Positions 13,408-26,908 of a DNA stretch of 64,000 nucleotides are shown in pieces. The notes under the pieces are model-generated. The model had not been told where the DNA came from and made no database searches. It worked only from the letters and a program-made list of their open reading frames with translations. The translations under genes were made by a program, and so were the position numbers. This stretch comes from Eledone cirrhosa (lineage: Eukaryota). Location: contig OZ024740.1 in NCBI GenBank assembly GCA_964016885.1, forward strand, positions 89,156,001-89,220,000. Reading direction: 5' to 3'. Each line of letters begins with the position of its first letter. The stretch's first letter is position 1.

Positions 13408-13986
13408 TATGTATATATATATATATGATCAAGTCTCTTTCGAGTGCTACTTGTAACATGTAATCCAGTCTTATGGTTTGTATGTTGGTAACTAAACCAG
13501 TAATCCACCAACCTTGCTTGGTGAGGATGATGATATTTGGACACCCTGCAGGATGAAATAGAACACACGGCCATCCAAATAAAAAAAATTTTCATCTGAG
13601 AGTGAAAGGCCTCCAGTTATTATCATGACATTTTTCTAGGGGGGCAAAATCTTAAAAAAAAAACCTTCTGCTCCGGAAGCATCCGATGATATTGACCAGT
13701 TCTTCTTTTCGAGTAGCGTTTTAGATGCTCAGAATGTGGGATTGGTCGTGTGCAAGGCCTTTCCCTACTTAAAAAACCTTCAAAGCACCTGCGTTGATTG
13801 TTCGGGATCAGTTACAGATTCGTGGGTCTGGCCGTAGCGTAGTAGTTAACCAAACTCTATGTTTGTTTTGAATTAAGATTGCATTATTTATCCCTTATCT
13901 TACGTTACACATTTTTCGTCTTGATGTTATAGTCACTTATATGTCTGAATTATTGTCGGCTTTTTGCTTACATTAATTTCTCTATG

Positions 13987-14020
<34 letters not shown>

Positions 14021-14023
<3 letters not shown>

Positions 14024-14350
14024 CGTATGACTTAGTGTTTAAAGTGCTGGGGTTGGAATTGAGAGGTTGTGTGTTTGATTCTCGGGTATGGTGATTTGTT
14101 GTGTCCTCGAGCAAGACACTTTATTTCACGTTGCCCCAGTTCAATCACCTGTAGAAATGAGTTGCAATGTCACTTGTGCGAAGCTATACTGGCCATAGCC
14201 TTTCACTTGGACAACATCGGTGGCATGGAGAGGGGATACTGTTATGGAAGAGTGACTGCTGCTCTTCCATAAACAACTGATACCCAGGCTTGTGCCAAGT
14301 AGAACATATTTCTAGGGCAAAACCACGGTCGTTAGTCAGCGATGGGGGCC
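14021..14350 (+). mobile_element. tRNA-derived SINE (family B), decayed
   Basis: A-box-like tgacttagtg, B-box-like gtttgattctc, then tgtcctcgagcaagacactttatttcacgttgc shared with 18478-18600; flanked by (TA)n. Confidence 0.65.
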
Positions 14351-14357
14351 TTCATTA

Positions 14358-14363
14358 GATATG

Positions 14364-14457
<94 letters not shown>

Positions 14458-14506
14458 CGTGTGTGTGGGTGTGTGTGTGTGTTTGTGCGTGTGCGTGCGT
14501 GTGCGT
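14358..14506. repeat. (TA)n-(TG)n compound microsatellite
   Basis: Direct reading. Confidence 0.95.
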
Positions 14507-14837
14507 CAAATCGAATGCATATAGTCGTTTACAAAGACTTGTACAAATCGTTTCTACACATGCAATTATTGTGATAATGACATGTGAAACTCTAGCTACA
14601 TTTTACTTTATCAGGCTTGTTCAACATTTACATACATGATTGGGGTTGGTAAAAATTATTTAGAATAACCAATGCTAGAGCTTTATTTTTTCCACCTATC
14701 TGCTATCAAACCCATTCTAACAGTGATATTCCAGTCAATATGTAAACAGCATATCTAAGTTTCCTATTTTTAAACAGGGAGCAGTAGATTTGAGATTTCC
14801 TCTCTAATTCTGGTAGGTCATTCAGCTACGTAGTATC

Positions 14838-15233
14838 ATTATTGAATTTGGATTGGCAGTATCGGTAGAGGGTTAGACACCATGCTTTCCAGCATAGTTA
14901 CGTCCCTTTACGATCTGAGTTCAAATCCCGCCGAGGTTGACTTTGCCTTTCATCCTTACGGGGTCGATAAAATAAAGTACCAGTAATGCACTAGATAATT
15001 GATGGCCTTGTGCCAAAAAGTAGAAACAATTATTGAATTTGGATTGGCAGTACCGGGAGAGGGTCGGACGCCATGCTTTCCAGCATAGTTACGTCCCTGT
15101 ACGATCTGAGTTCAAATCCCGCCGAGGTTGACTTTGCTTTTCATCCTCATGGGGTCGATAAAATAAAGTACCAGTAATGCACTGGGTAATTGCTGGCCTT
15201 GTGCCTAAAGTAGAAACAATTATTGAATTTGGA
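14838..15233 (+). mobile_element. Tandem dimer of SINE family A with a 15-bp TSD-like repeat present three times
   Basis: Two ~190-bp copies; attattgaatttgga at 14838, 15029 and 15219. Confidence 0.85.
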
Positions 15234-15694
15234 CGAAGCATCTCTCTCTCAATTTATGTTCAAAGGTGTCAGTGAAAAGTAGTGTTCTGTATGTTTATTT
15301 CTATAAAAATTGTCAATGTCGATAATATTATCACATGCTTAACGAGAATTACATCCATTTATTTCCATATTTCAGTAAGCATTTTATTTCCAATATATAG
15401 ATTTCAAACATACAGAGTGATTCAACCATTCGTGATTCATTTCCTCCTTAATTTATTCCAACCAACATTACTATATGCAACGGCTCTCACACACATACAT
15501 CTCCTTCATTCTCACGTTTTTATATTTATCGCTGTACGTACGTACGTTAATACCCGCATGAAAACACACATAAACACACACACATACACATATAGATATA
15601 TAAATATAAATAATTCAATTAGTTACAAATATTCTGCATATAGTCATATAGAAATGTATGTGTTTGAATATATGAGTATACGTACACATGCATT

Positions 15695-15702
15695 TATATC
15701 TA

Positions 15703-15778
<76 letters not shown>

Positions 15779-15940
15779 TAATGATTGCGTTAAAATCACA
15801 GCTTTTCTCTCCTCAACATTCAGCCGAAAAGATAACCGATTAAAATGCACGAATAACGTACCATTAAATGTGTTAACAGACTTTCATTCCCGTATATATA
15901 TATATATATATATATATGTTTACACACATACACACACACA

Positions 15941-15982
<42 letters not shown>

Positions 15983-15989
15983 CACACAC

Positions 15990-16087
<98 letters not shown>

Positions 16088-16095
16088 GTATATAT
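15695..16095. repeat. (TATC)n/(TA)n and (CA)n microsatellites
   Basis: Direct reading; source of spurious THTH/CVCV ORFs. Confidence 0.95.
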
Positions 16096-17817
16096 TCAAA
16101 ATATGGATCTTTTAAATCTTTGGCAGCGGAGTATCTAAAAATTGTTGGGGAGAATGTGATGTCTGTAATTTTTATTCGTTACAAGTTACTAATCTCTTTA
16201 CCAATAACCAAATACATAAATAGAAACTTAGACACGCGCAAATATATTCATGGATATTGGTTGAATTTTCTATAATTGTATTGTGCTTTATTTTGTTAAA
16301 AGTGGAAAATGAAATAAAGCTAAAATAATTCATATATAGGAATAGAAAAAATAAATAAATAAACGGATATTTTGTATCCGAAATTTGATTGTCCATGGCG
16401 ACTGCTGTGGAGATAAAGTCTCATGGCTCTCAAAAAGACAGATAAAAAGCACTGATTATAAATACGAACAGAAATATGAATATTCTGAATTGGGTCCATA
16501 ACAATAGAGAAGCCGACATTAAGACTCCGGGAAAAAAAGTGAAATTTCAATGTACTACGATGATAAATATATATGGACAATATATAAATTAAACTTGAGC
16601 TAGACTAATCAAATTATACAGAATCACACTATTCGATCATTTAGAAAAAGAAAGAAAATGCAAGTGGTTTTAATAGTGGAGTTTATCTCAGCGGAAGCAG
16701 TGTTACAGAATACGCTAATCTGGTTCACGAAGAATTTATCTTCAGAGAGATGATTGTAGACTCAAATCAAGTTTAGTACCTAACTTCACACGATACATAT
16801 CTTTGTATTGCAAATTCTCATGTGCTTATATTTCTTGTTTAGCAGCTGGAACGGCCAGTCGTCAAGAACAAATATTAGAGAGAACCGTACTTCTATTATT
16901 TATCATCAAACATATAGAAACTGATTTTTTTGTTTGTAACATTAAAAAAAAAACACGAACAGTTTATTTATATATTTTTCTCGATGCTTATATCAGTGCT
17001 ATAACAATATTCTTAGCAGAGAGTTTAAACGAAAGCTTATCAATTTTGTCGGTAGCAATCATTGACCGAGATAAGCAGGCGTAACAAGATATTCAAAGAG
17101 AAATTCAATGAGTCTGAATACATCACAACGTTAGAAAACGTCTCAATCGATGCCGAAGTTATCGCAGTCGATAATGATATTTTCATTCGAGATTTGTGAA
17201 AACAGTAAAGCTACAAAACAACAGAAGTCCTTATTAAGGACTATATCTTAAAACTATTAAAGATTACAAAAAATACTACTTTCAGTCACATTATATTATT
17301 TATTTATTAGAACTTACTCGTTCGTTAGTTTTCTGTTAGGTAGAGGAAATATGATTGAATATCTCGACATATAGTTTGACGCATGAGATCAATTAACAGG
17401 AATAACATAATGTAATAAAAACAGTTTTGTCAATATTTATGTAAAGCCGGGAATTATATAGAAAACGATTGATGATTAAGCATTTGCCTTCTAATCATAT
17501 ACTTATATGTAAGCACTAATAACATTCTGAATGATTCGAATTTACTCCATTATGATTAACAAATTGTGATAAAGAAAACGGTGAAATTGCATGGTCTCAC
17601 AAGTTAAGAGATGCCAAGTGAGCATAGATAACTGCTAGGTGTCACTACAAGACCATCGACTGTCTTCAAATAAACGCTAGATTTGCTTTAAACTTAACTA
17701 TATACCTTTTTAAAAGGTAACTTTGCACGGTTAGATTTAGATACAATGAAAAATGCATAGTGACAGGTATACTAAAAAGTGAGACGATTATCACGTCTCG
17801 ATCATAGGTTTATTTGA

Positions 17818-17823
17818 CTAGCA

Positions 17824-17871
<48 letters not shown>

Positions 17872-17903
17872 ATACTACTACTACTTCTTTTTCTTCTTCT
17901 TCT
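17818..17903. repeat. (TAC)n-(TTC)n microsatellite
   Basis: Direct reading. Confidence 0.9.
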
Positions 17904-18477
17904 TGGAGGGTTGTGGGAAAAGAGTCCTCATACATACTTCCATGAATTAGATCAAATACTGACTGTGGTAAACTTGAATCATAAAACAAGGCGTACTAAA
18001 CGTGTATGTGTTCCTCACTTCATATGTCACCTGGTATAAAGAAACACAGATAATGCTATCAGACAGACGAAGGTAAATTGTATTTCTCTAATCCCGATTA
18101 TTTGGACGAGAATGTTTGCTGCGAAATAAATAGAAACTCGGATGACTATTCAATAGATATATATAACTTTCAATGTGATTTTCTTGCAAAAACATCATGA
18201 CTAATCTGCTATGTTTAAATACAGGCACCTTAAAAACGGTCTTTCACAAACGATTTCAGTCGTTCCAGATACACGTGCAAGATTTAGTTTGATTCGAACT
18301 TCTGATAAGTCACTCACCGAAGAGGTCAAAAACTTAAATGAGACAAGTAAACTTAGTATTGACAGACAATTCATAAGAGCTAAAACAAGACAAGGTTCAC
18401 TCAAATATAAAAACCGGCAATGCATTATATTTCGATATAATTAAGCATGCTCACACGCTTACACGCCTTCACTAAGC

Positions 18478-18600
18478 AGTGAAGGCGTGTGGCTGAGTGG
18501 TTAGATAATTGGATTCGCAGTCTTGAGGTTGTAAGTTCGATTCCCGGACGAGGTGTTACGTTATGTCTTTGAGCAAGACACTTTATTTCACGTTGCTCCT
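18478..18600 (+). mobile_element. tRNA-derived SINE (family B) 5' portion
   Basis: A box tggctgagtgg and B box agttcgattccc at tRNA spacing, followed by gagcaagacactttatttcacgttgctcc instead of an acceptor stem. Confidence 0.75.
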
Positions 18601-19217
18601 TCTACCTGGAGTTGCGACCGATAGATAGTACTAGCAACTGGAAAGACCGACGGAAACATTGTTTCCTCGGTCCGATTTGACGAAAGTCAATCGATCCTTT
18701 TTTTTTTTACATTATATTTCGAAATTTTTATATCGTTTGTTTTCCAATGACCTTAAACATATAAGTAGTGTGTTATTGTTCAAATTATAAAATAGGTTGT
18801 GAAATTTTCCTGTGTGAATCGGTATGTTTGTTAGGATGAAATCAAAGCAGAGATAACTATTTTAGGCCAATCACACTATAATACTGCTGAGGGGATTTTC
18901 ACGGGAATGCGATTTGATAAAAGTAAAAAGTAGAGTGGATATATTTTAATGCATCTATGCCTTATAAATGAAGCCCATATGCAAGTAGAATTATATATAA
19001 ATATAAGTGGATTTTGTTTTGAATACGATGATACAATATTACAAATTATTGGATAAAGATATTAAAATACATATGCATGACGAGAAACAACACTAAAACA
19101 TATAAGACATCGGAATGTGGAGGCAATGTGTACGAAACTATCCATGATCATTAAAAGAAAATTAATGAGAATATTCCTTCTACTTCATAATATTTTTCTT
19201 CTTATTATTATTATTGT

Positions 19218-21272
19218 TCTGTTCGGACGTCTTTGTGCTCGCTCCAGGTAAGTCGCTTTATTTACCTGTTATAATTATTTGTTGTGTAAGGGATATAAGC
19301 CCTTGGATTTGCCCTGTGAAGGGGAAAGTATAATATTTGGGCCTTTTGGTCCAAATATATGAACACTTTACTTTTGAAAATTTAAAACAAAAAACATGGC
19401 TGATCCACGCCCCCCAGCAATATGTCGATCATCGGTACCTGTCTGCGGTCCTCAACGCAGCCGGCTTCGGGCCCGCTTTTCAGGGCTGGATCGCTGCGAT
19501 GCACAGCGACATCTGCTCGATCGTGAGGGTAAATTTTCACCTGTCGCAGCCTTTCAGCATCATGCGCTCGGTCCGCCAGGGTTGTCCCCTCTCGTCCCTC
19601 TTGTACGTACTGGCCCTAGAGCCCTTACTGCACAAATTGGGGACGATGAGTGGGGTCCCACGCGAACTGGGATACGGGAGATCCGTGTCAGCTTACGCCG
19701 ACGACGTCACCGTGGTGGTGTCGAGCACCAAACACGTCCAGATGATCGGCACCGCTTTCAAGGCATACGAAGCGGTGACTGGAGCAAAGATAAACCAGGA
19801 GAAGTCGGAGGGCTTGCAACTCGGCACCTGGAGAGGCAAGTCCATGCCGTCGGACAGCTTCGTGGGATGCTGGACGGAAGGACCAGTTAAATTGCTCGGG
19901 TTCTGGTTCGGTGTGGACCTCCAGATGGAGAAAAACTGGAGCGAAGTGACGAACTGGGTGGCCTCTCTCACCCCGAAATGGGAGAGAGGAGGTTGTTTCT
20001 GAAAGGTAGGCCGGAGGTGGCGAATGCGTACATCGCGTCCATTATCTGCTACCGCCTGACCGTCGTACCTTGCCCTCGCCCAACTCTGACCAAAATGGAG
20101 CGCCTTCTCTTCCGCCTTTTGTGGAAGGGACGTGCTCCCATGGTCACTCGTTGCGTGGAGGACTAGGCCTGCCGTGGCTGATGATGCGCAAACATGCGCT
20201 AAGGGTGCGACATTTCCGGTGCTTCCTTGACGGTGAACAGGTTTGGTAGCCGCTTGCCAGACGCGCTTTTTCCCAGCTCGTCTCCTTGCCGGAGCTGCAG
20301 ACCTTGATCATAAAGAGACCGAGAGATAGCGCTTGGAAGCTGGAATGTCGCCAATCGCTCACCGCCCTCTACCAGCTGGGCACTAGTATCGGTTGAACAT
20401 CCACCTTGCCGTTCTATAGAGGGTAGATGGCTAGTGGAGGGAAAGAGCGACGACGTTCTCGGGGAGACCCTGGGCGTCGAAGACGATCAGCTGTTCGCTC
20501 TCTTCAAGAGAAATTTCAGACCGGGGACAATGGGCAACTTCCAGAAATCACTGGCCTGGCAGTGCTACCGGGAAGCGTTGCCGGTTCGGGATAAGCTCTA
20601 CAGGCACGGAGATGCTGTCAGCCTAGCCTGTCCGAGATGCGCGCAGGTCGACTAAACCGTCCTACACGCACTCGTTCAGTGCTCGAGTATTGCTGACTTG
20701 TGGAGCTATGTCGAAGAGCTTCTGTCGCGTGTGGGACGGATCCGGTTATCGACTGGGTCCATTGTGCAGATAGCACCGCCATCCTCCTTTAAATAGGAGG
20801 AAGGGCAGGCATTTTTGATCTGCCTGGTGGCCATGTTGAAAGAGATTGTGTGATGGACAAGGATGAAAGGGATGAAGACGAACACTTTCCTCTTCGGTCA
20901 ATCCCTGATTAACTTTTTCATGTTTCAGTTGAAGAGGAAAATCAGAGTGGAGAGGAAAGTGCTGTGTTCTAGTAAGTTTGTTGAAAGGTTGGTGAAAGTG
21001 GCGAGTCTGGTCCGAGTGAACGGGCCCGCACTGAGTATGCGCCTGTAGACTGACGAGTGAGAACACTGAGAGAGAGCGCTTGCCCTGGTGGTCAGGGTGG
21101 CCGTGGGCTCATTTTGTGTGGTTTTCGCGTTTGAATTTTTTTTATTTCTATCCCGATTTCTATCTTGTTATAACCTGTTTACACGACCAAAACACACTTT
21201 GTATCATCCTGTAATGTTATGTACAGTCTCTAATGTTTTTCTTCGTGTTAGCCCATGTGGCCAATAAAGAAA
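19218..21272 (+). mobile_element. Tx1/L1-clade LINE copy E1, internally deleted
   Basis: 5' UTR nearly identical to E2 (21340-21540), then jumps into RT (VDHRYL, RSVRQGCPLS, AYADDVT) and CPRC..H..C; ends gtggccAATAAAgaaa + (TTA)n; preceded by (TTA)n. Confidence 0.88.
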
Positions 21273-21285
21273 CCATTATTATTAA

Positions 21286-21327
<42 letters not shown>

Positions 21328-21537
21328 CATTGGTCTAAGCGGACGTATTTTCCTCGCTCACAGTAAGTCGCTTTATTTGCCTGTTTAAATTATTTGTTGT
21401 TAAATATTTCTTGTTGTGTAAGGGATATAGGCCCTTATACTTTGCCCCGTGAAGGGGAAAGTATAATATTTAGGCCTTTTGGCCCAAATATTTGAACTTT
21501 TTTTTACATGTTAAAAAAATTACGAAGAAAAAACAAC

Positions 21538-23490
21538 ATGGCTGAGCCACACCCGCAAGCGATATGTCGGCTGTCGTGCAACAACGACGTAGAAGTTGAA
21601 AGGAGCACTACAGCGAAATTAACACGCATTGATAAGACAAACACCACCACAAACAAGGTAAACAAAGACACCAATGATACCAATAAGAACCCTAATTTTG
21701 AAAAAAATGACAGTAACAGCGACAACAAAAATTCAGGTAACAAAAGAAAATAACAAATACAACAACAATATCGACACCACTAACATGAAAACAAATAGCG
21801 ACAACACCAACAGCAACAATACCAACTGCACCGAGAACAACGGTGGCAACAAAGACAACAATGATAACAGCGACAGTGCTAACAACAACACCAACAAGTA
21901 CAACGTCAACAATACCTCCAACGAAAACAAGACCACTTTCGCTGCGACAGCAGCAAAAAAGAGGCCATGCTTCAACATGGACCTCTCAAACAAAGATGAA
22001 AAGTTGGCCCAGGCATGGAAGCTCATCAAGCAAGAGCAAACTTGGGCCAACTTAACTGTCCCGGTAGAAGCTATTGAGGCAGTGGAGCGCAAAACGGTGC
22101 ATTATAGATGCATCTCAGCACAAACCAAAAGGGCAGCGTTAATCCCACAAGAAGATGTCGAAGTCGCGCTGAGGTGCATCAGAGAAGACACCGAATACAT
22201 AGAGATTGGGGCAGACAGTACGGCACCATTTCGGTGTTGTTCAAGTCAGAAGCCCTCGCTATGAAACACGCTATGACTCCTTGCAAAGCCAGCAAGGTCA
22301 TAATGTACCCCTCCCACATGGGAAAAAGAACGGCCCATCTCCGCATTCCCAGAATCCCACCAGGACTTGACATGTGGTGGCTTCTGGGATGTGTGATTGT
22401 GGAGGGGACGGATACAGTCCCTATATAAGTGACCAGAACGGCCAGAGAGAACTGGTCCGGGGTTGACCTGGAGATCCTTCTCCAGATCAGGCCCGAGAAT
22501 GTGAAGACAATCCTGGACCACACCCGCCTTCAGAATGGGACGGTCATTCACATTATGACCGAAGGCAAAAGACCGCAGTATTTTGTTTGTGGGGAAAAAA
22601 CCCATTTGCGAGCCTTCTGCCCTCAACTGCTGAAAGGGGCAAGGGGTCGAAAGGCTCCACTGCTGCCGACGCCGGGGTAAGGACCACAACCAACACCTGC
22701 ACCGGCAAAACCACAACAACAACACCAATAGAAAGACCACCACCAACATTGACCCCCCAGGGGGGAAACGAGGAAAGCTGTCAAATTCCCCCTCCCCCCA
22801 AAAATACACACACCAATAAAACCTTAAACATACTTACAGACACACTTACAGACACAGACCCCTCATCTACCAGTAGTGAAAATGAGGGAAATCCCAAATC
22901 CCCCAAAATAAAGAAAGGAAACACAAAAAGAAAAAAAAAGGAAACAAAGCACAAAAGCACCCACAATAAAAAAGGCAGACACCATCCACGCAAACATCTC
23001 TCCAATAACACCAGCATCAACACCACCATCACCATCAACAGAATCCCCCAAACGCAAACAACCGGAACAGACGCAAGAACAAATATACACACAAACATCT
23101 GAAACCACAGACACCGCACTCACAACAAACACACACACAACCGAAACAACACCACCAAAACCATCACCACCACAGCCTCGCAAACAAATAAAATCACACG
23201 AACAAAACATACAAAACTTCGTGCTCGTCAGGAGGGCCAACAAGGAACTGATGGCCCTCGTAGCACGGGGAAAATTTGTTGAATCGAGCACATTTCGCGT
23301 GCCGGAAGATTTGGTTCTGGTGCGAATGTCGCTCGACATATTCAAAGAAATACGAGAGAGCTTACCTCAGGACGTGGGAACCCCGAACGTAAAACCCACT
23401 TCAAGACTTTTAAAGGGGTTCCCAAAAGAAACCCCACTAACTATGGAGGTCGAACAACCCGACCTTCACAAGAGCCCGGAAGGTAAGTAA
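21538..23490 (+). pseudogene. E2 ORF1 (gag-like, zinc knuckle, Asn/Thr-rich regions)
   Basis: TTFAATAAKK, EGKRPQYFVCGEKTHLRAFCP (degenerate CX2CX4HX4C); frameshifts and stops. Confidence 0.75.
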
Positions 23491-23522
23491 ACCTTTCCTC
23501 TCTCTCTGTTTAACCTGCCAAC

Positions 23523-26500
23523 ATGGCCGCATTAAGAGTAGGATGTTTAAATGTTCGAAGCCTGGGATCGTCCTGGAAGCAGGGTTACCTGCTCAACGAC
23601 CTCAGGTCTATAGAAATGGATGTAATTGCAGTCAGCGAGACGAGGATTTCCGACACGCACGCACTAGCACCCATTTTCGACGACTATCAGATCTTTGCAT
23701 CTGTTAGCCGGCCGGGAATGGGAGGCGGGGTGGCAGCGCTGTTTAGGAAAGGCCTGGATCTCGAAGTAAGGTCGATCTTCCGGGACCCGGACGGGAAGTT
23801 GGTGGTCCTGGACGTGAACAATAATGAAGGTGGTGCCTTTAGACTGGTGGCCGTCTATGCTCCTACTGGGGCAGGACGGCGAGATTCTTTAGACGCCTGG
23901 AAGCCTTTCTGGGTACGTCTCGCCTTTACTGTTAGCGGGGGACTGGAACGGCATCATAGACGCACGCTGCGACTGTGTGGGAGTATCTGATAGGAGCGGG
24001 GGTTGCAAAAGCCTCAAGAACCTGATCAGCCGGTTTCAACTGTCTGACAGGTACCGACTAGATTTCCCTAATGCGCCAGTGTGGAGCTGGGCTAACCGCA
24101 TAGGGTCATCTAGATCGTATATAGACAGGATATCCATTAGGAAAATAAACAGAAATAGTGTAAGCTGTCCACGTTTTGAAACGGTCGCCTATTCAGATCA
24201 CAAGTTTGTGATCTGTATGGTCGACCTACATAAGACGCGTAGGTTAGGACCTAGTTACTGGAAGCTAAACATGTCATTTCCGGCACGTAAGGCTTATAGG
24301 GACCAGGTCAACAATTTAGTTAAGAAAAAGGTGACAGGGGGAGTCGTCAACAATAGATGGTGGGGGGCTCTCAAAAGAGAGATTAGAGTAATGTCGATAG
24401 AGTTTAGCAAAGAAGTAGCATTAGAAAAAAAATAGAAAGAAGGGGGAGTTGGTAGATAAGTTAGACGAGGCTATTGGTAGTGGCATTGCATCTGATGTGC
24501 TAGCGGCGAGAATGGCATTAGACCATTTCGTCAACGCGAAACACGAAAGTTGCCTTGTCAGAGCTAAGGCGCGTGCTCTGAGAAACGAGGGAACCAAAGT
24601 TTTTCGATGAGCCGCTTGGCAGAGGCGCAGCGTGGTAATAAAACCACGATTCGGACTTTGACGGACCGAGACGGGCACGAGCTGAGCGATTCCAAGAGGA
24701 TGTGTGAGGCCCTTCGCCAACATTTTGCTCGGTGGTTCGGGGGAAGTGGCGGGTCAGAGATGATGGCGGACTTCAGTCCCTACCTCGATGGCTTGCCGCA
24801 ACTCTCGACAGCTGACGCTGGGCGCTGCGAAAGGCCAATTACTTCAGCCGAGATTCAGGATGCCCTTGTAGGCTGCATGAGGCGCAAGTCACCCGGTTTG
24901 GATGGTGTGCCCTACGAGCTTTACGTAAATATGCCAGACTTGTTCTCTAATCTCCTCGAAGCCCTCAACTGCAACTGGCAGCAAAACGGGAGTATTCCCA
25001 GTTCTGTGAGCCGGGGCGTAGTGACGCTGATAAGGAAAGACGAGAACAAGAGGGACACATTAGACAATTTCAGGCCCATAACTCTGCTCAACACAGAGTT
25101 TAAGATTTTGGCCAGGGTGTTAGTGAAGAGGTTGGCGCTTGTCGTCGGGGATTTGGTTGGGGTGGCGCAAACTTGCGCAACCCAACCAGGTACATACACG
25201 ACAACCTCCACCTAATGCGATACATCATAGAGAGGGTAGGGTGTAAACCTGGATTCGGTGGGTCTCAGATCAATTTAGATCAATCGAAAGCATTCGATAG
25301 GGTTGACCATCGGTACCTGGAGGCTGTCCTGAAGGCGCCTGGCTTCGGCCCCGTCTTCAGAAGCTGCATCGCTGCAATGAACAGCGGCACCTGCTCGATG
25401 GTCAAAATTAATGGCCACCTCTCGGAACCGTTTCAGATCTCCCGATCGGTCCGTCAAGGGTGCCCTCTCACCTCCCGTCTGAACGTATTGACTCTCGAGC
25501 CTTTACTGCGGAAGCTGGAGCTGTTGCAGAGCATCCGCTCGAACCGGGACGCGAAAAGGCTGTGTCGGCTTATGCGGACGACATCACCGTGATGGTGTCG
25601 TCAACTTATTGGAGGAATATGAAAGGTTGACGGGAGCAAAACTTAAACCGGAAAAGTCAGTAGGCTTGCAAATCGGCACCTGGAGAGGCAAGTCCATGCC
25701 GTCCAACAGCGTCGTTAGGCACTGGACGGACGGACTGGTAAAGTTGCTAGGGGTTTGGTTCGGGCCAGACCTCCAGGTGGATAAGAATTGGGACGAGGTG
25801 ACGGGCAGGGTAGTCAGTCTCACCCAGAAATGGGCTGGGATGAAGCTATCCCTGAAAGGTCGGGTGGAGGAGGCGAACGCGTACATCGCGCCCGTCATCT
25901 ACTTCCGTCTGACTGTCGTCCCTTTCCCCCGTTCGCGCCTCGCCATCTTGGAGCGGCTCCTCTTCAAATTCTTGTGGAGTGATGAGGTTCCGCTGGTGAG
26001 GCGGTCCATCTGCTGCCAGCACCCTCTACGTGGAGGGCTGGGCATGCCGTGGCTAATGATTCGCAGGCAAGCGCTGAGGCTGCGGCATCTCCAGATATTC
26101 TGACTAATCGGTGAACAGGTGTGATTGCCGTATGTCAGACGGGCCTTTCGGCAGCTCGTTTATTTGACTCAGTTGCAGTCCTGGGTTAAGAAGAGACCGA
26201 GACTGGCATCTGGAATGTTACCATGCACTCACTGCCCTCTACCAGGCGGGCAATGCAGTCAGTGGAACTTCCACTCTCGAGTTCTATAGAGGATTAGTGG
26301 TGGGCAAGTGCGACGACGCACTCGGAGAGGCTCTAGGAGTCAAGGAAGTCGAACTAACCAGTCTGTACCGGAGGACTTTCGAGCGGGAGACCATGGATAA
26401 TTTCCAAAAATCCCTCGCTTAGGCAGTGCTACTGGGGGGCACTGCCGGTTCAAGATAAATTCTACAGGCACGGAAGTGCTGTAAGACGGACCTGCCCAAG

Positions 26501-26908
26501 ATGCGCGCAGAGCGACGAAACCGTTCTGCACGCACTCGTCCAGTGTCCGTGCATTACTGACTTGTGGAGTTATGTTGAAAAGCTGTTGTCGAGTGTAGAA
26601 CGGATCCGGCTATCGGCCGAGTCCATAGTGAAGATCGACCCGCCGCCTTCTTTTGGCCAGGAAGGGCAGGCAATTTTCCTATGTCTGGTGGCAGTAGCGA
26701 AAGAGGTTGCATGGTGGACGAGGTTGAAAGGACTGAAGACAGACACTTTTCTCTTCGGCCAATCCCTCATCAACTTGTTCAAGTTTCACTTGGAAAGGAA
26801 GGTGAGGGTGGAGACATAAGTGCTGCCCTCCAGTACATTTGCTGAAAGACGGGTGAATGTGGCGCGAATGCCCGTGTGAGTGGGCCTACTCTGGTCATGC
26901 GGCTGTAG
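23523..26908 (+). pseudogene. E2 ORF2: APE endonuclease + reverse transcriptase
   Basis: LNVRSL, VSETR, VYAPT, RSYIDRI, SDHK, WKLN, KSPGLDG, NFRPITLLNTEFKILA, LDQSKAFDRVDH, VRQGCPL, YADD, CPRC..ETVLHALVQC. Confidence 0.93.

Noticed and set aside
15282-16275. Long ORFs (277 aa and others) rich in YI/TH/CV
   Set aside because: They are translations of (TA)n and (CA)n microsatellites with no domain content; the same holds for ORFs at 419-850, 14342-14639, 49481-49785 and 50325-50861.
18483-18550. tRNA gene
   Set aside because: It has A and B boxes but no closing acceptor stem and continues into SINE body sequence shared with 14021-14350.
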